Source of the DNA: a virus
Taxonomy: Duplodnaviria > Caudoviricetes
Length of the DNA stretch: 59,482 nt
Virus record (IMG/VR): IMGVR_UViG_3300037851_000299
Coordinates: 1-59,482 of that record
Direction: 5' to 3' (one strand)
Every line of letters starts with the position of its first letter. The first letter of the stretch is position 1. The notes beneath the pieces are model-generated. The model did not search any database. It worked only from the letters and a program-made list of their open reading frames with translations, and was not told the origin of the DNA. Positions 57,513 through 59,482 of the stretch are shown here, piece after piece. A program made the translations under genes and the position numbers.

Positions 57513-57788
57513 TCACTCCCCCATCCCGAGCGCCGCCCTGGCGTACACTCCGCAGTCGTCGGCAACTCCCTTGCGCCACGCCCCCTTGTCGTCGGTGTAG
57601 ACGCGTTTCCAGTGGTTCGCAGAAGCGTAGAAGCCGAGTGCTGCTTCCAGCTTCTTGACGCGGGCGCGGAGCGCCTCCACCTGCTTGACCGCGTTGGCTG
57701 CGACCTCGGCGTACCTTGCTGTGATCTGCCGCTCGTCCACGGACTCCCGTCCGGTTCCTCCGCACAGTGGACATCGCTCCTCAATCAT
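57513..57788 (-). CDS. Hypothetical protein
   Basis: CPLCGGTG; ALGFYA...ARAALG. Confidence 0.6.
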   Translation of the reverse strand: MIEERCPLCGGTGRESVDERQITARYAEVAANAVKQVEALRARVKKLEAALGFYASANHWKRVYTDDKGAWRKGVADDCGVYARAALGMGE

Positions 57789-57789
57789 C

Positions 57790-58371
57790 TCACCCCTCCC
57801 ATCCAATGACCCACGCCCACGCCGTCTCCCAGGGGTGGTCGTGCTTGTAGCGGTAGGTCCATACGACCTTCGGCCACGCCCCCACGAACCCCGCCAACCT
57901 CCACGTCTCCTCGCTGATCTTCGGCACGAACATCGCTTCGACGCTGGTCACCTTCCGACGGTGTCGGGCCAGCGCGGCGGGCATGACCGAGGGTGACAGT
58001 GGCCTCGTCCAGTCTCCACCCCGGGGGTCACCGTCAGCCCAGTACCAGACGTTCGGCAGGCCGAGTAGACGGCCCGTGACTTCATTTGTCCCGTCGCGCT
58101 CGAGGTAGCTGAACTTCTCCCGCAGGACAGCCACGTCACCGGGGACGCAAGGGGCTTGATGGCGCGTCACGTCGATACAGGGTCCGTAGCGAGTCTCTGT
58201 GCGCCACCGGATCACTGCGTACCCAGGGCCTGGCATGACGACGCTCTCGACCACAGCGAGGCATGTTGGCGGCGTGGGCTGAAGTGAGAACGGCTTCACC
58301 AACCTCGTCGCCCCCGCCAGCGCGGCGCGAGCTTCGTGGTCGCTCAGGGACAGGCAGCGGTCACTTCCCAT
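57790..58371 (-). CDS. ASCH/PUA-like phage protein
   Basis: PCVPGDVAVLRE, SPSVMP..LAR, ISEE, terminal WAWVI. Confidence 0.6.
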   Translation of the reverse strand: MGSDRCLSLSDHEARAALAGATRLVKPFSLQPTPPTCLAVVESVVMPGPGYAVIRWRTETRYGPCIDVTRHQAPCVPGDVAVLREKFSYLERDGTNEVTGRLLGLPNVWYWADGDPRGGDWTRPLSPSVMPAALARHRRKVTSVEAMFVPKISEETWRLAGFVGAWPKVVWTYRYKHDHPWETAWAWVIGWEG

Positions 58372-58543
58372 CGTCCACCTCCAGATTCCACAGGTCAGCC
58401 CACACCCAGCGCTTGCAGTGGGGGCACCATCGACTGGCGGTGCGCCCCTGTTCGCGTCGCCTCTCCACGTCCTGGTACCACGCCGTGTAGTTCGCTCCGG
58501 TCCCGTCTGACAGCGGGTCCGGGCGGTGCTGGCAGTCACTCAT
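58361..58543 (-). CDS. Small Cys-containing protein
   Basis: CQH...CPHC; overlaps neighbours. Confidence 0.5.
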   Translation of the reverse strand: MSDCQHRPDPLSDGTGANYTAWYQDVERRREQGRTASRWCPHCKRWVWADLWNLEVDDGK

Positions 58544-58746
58544 CACGGCTCCACCTCCAGGAACTGCACCGACGGTTGTTTCGGTCCAGTGTTGTGCAGA
58601 AATCTGACTAGCTGCATGACGAGGTCTGCGGCCTGGTCGCGGGACAGTACGACGTGGGACCGACAGAAGTACAGCGCGGCTCGCGGCTCCTCGCCCAACG
58701 GAGAGCACCACGACAAGGTCAGCGGAACATCAGGCTCGTACCTCAC
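58543..58746 (-). CDS. Hypothetical protein
   Basis: GGAGG RBS, GTGA overlap. Confidence 0.5.
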   Translation of the reverse strand: MRYEPDVPLTLSWCSPLGEEPRAALYFCRSHVVLSRDQAADLVMQLVRFLHNTGPKQPSVQFLEVEP

Positions 58747-59129
58747 GGTGTCACCTCCAACGCCGGACAGCCCTCGAAGTGGTAACCGGCCTCGAGCCGC
58801 TCTGCCGCTCCCTCGGGGTTGTGCATACCGTCGAGCGCTGCCTCTCGCAGCCTCTCAGCACAGGTACACCGCTTCGGCTCCACCTCCAGCGCGGCGAGGG
58901 CGTGGCGACAGATGCTCTGCGCCCATTCCTTGAACGCCTGAGCGTCTCGCAGTTCCTCTACCCACTCTCGCTGGTTGGCAGTTGCAATCCCACGCACCAC
59001 CTTCCGCAGCCTTACCAACTCCTGCTCGGCGCGACCAGCTAGGCAGGTATGCTCCTCGAGCGTGTCAGGCGCGTGCTCGCACTCGCACCCAACCGACGCG
59101 ATCAGCTTGCCAATGTGGCTGTCACTCAT
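58743..59129 (-). CDS. Cys/His-rich hypothetical protein
   Basis: GGAGG RBS before MSDSHIG. Confidence 0.55.
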   Translation of the reverse strand: MSDSHIGKLIASVGCECEHAPDTLEEHTCLAGRAEQELVRLRKVVRGIATANQREWVEELRDAQAFKEWAQSICRHALAALEVEPKRCTCAERLREAALDGMHNPEGAAERLEAGYHFEGCPALEVTP

Positions 59130-59482
59130 GGTCAGCCTCCAGTGGGTGCATGGCGACGAAGTCTCCGTCCTCATCAGGATCTCTGAGAGCCGCCGACGCT
59201 GCGGCCTCAACGCGATCCCACTCCTCCTCGTCAAGGAACGTCCTCGGCTCGCGGCCCATGTCCTCGTCATAGGCGTGGCAGTCGCGCCTATGAGTTGCGA
59301 TTCCGCACACCACCTTCCGCAGCCTCTCGTTCTCGGAGTGGAGGCTCTGATATCGCCTGTGCCATCGACTCTCATAGGCCCGCCTATACTGAACACGAAT
59401 CGCAGCCTTCAGCCGTTCACAACGGTCGCGGAGCCTCCCGTTCTCGGCGCTTATACCTGCATACTTGGGAATAATCTCATCC
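59122..59482 (-). CDS. Coiled-coil hypothetical protein, 5'-truncated by window edge
   Basis: Frame is open from the edge: DEIIPKYAGISAENGRLR...SENERLRKVV...EADHE. Confidence 0.65.
   Translation of the reverse strand, partial: DEIIPKYAGISAENGRLRDRCERLKAAIRVQYRRAYESRWHRRYQSLHSENERLRKVVCGIATHRRDCHAYDEDMGREPRTFLDEEEWDRVEAAASAALRDPDEDGDFVAMHPLEADHE

Larger units (their letters stand above)
1..59482. mobile_element. Tailed dsDNA bacteriophage (Caudoviricetes, siphovirus-like tail, Mu-like head module), probably near-complete
   Basis: Terminase, portal, protease/scaffold, capsid, connector, tail tube, tape measure, tail tip, lysis and replication genes are all present; no host housekeeping genes; two divergent arms. 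Confidence 0.95.

Overview
The window is a high-GC (roughly two-thirds or more G+C by inspection), probably near-complete tailed dsDNA phage genome. A leftward early/replication arm covers 1-17.9 kb and continues at 55.8-59.5 kb. It encodes an HNH nuclease, a DUF932-like protein, a Cro-like HTH, a Sak/Rad52-like annealing protein, a Cas4-like exonuclease, an O/DnaD-type initiator, a RuvC-like resolvase and many small ORFs. A rightward late arm covers 18.0-55.7 kb. It has Mu-like head and connector genes, a lysis cassette with two-component spanins (so a diderm host) and a non-contractile tail with a -1 frameshifted chaperone pair. I found no integrase, transposase, DNA polymerase, tRNA or CRISPR array. 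Four observations stand out. (1) A translationally coupled operon runs ParB-N, amino-methyltransferase, SPL-like radical SAM, TAGT/GREB1-type glycosyltransferase, terminase, with no TET/JBP dioxygenase; it is a candidate oxygen-independent, packaging-linked DNA base-glycosylation system. (2) A roughly 540-nt nested, pseudoknotted RNA structure with boxA-like motifs lies between the early promoter and a small HNH nuclease. (3) A non-coding island between terL and portal repeats the iteron-like motifs found inside the initiator gene. (4) A moron encodes a secreted beta-propeller ending in IFxDGFESGD, suggesting a Thermoanaerobaculia-like (Acidobacteriota) host. All protein calls come from motif recognition by eye; no searches were run.
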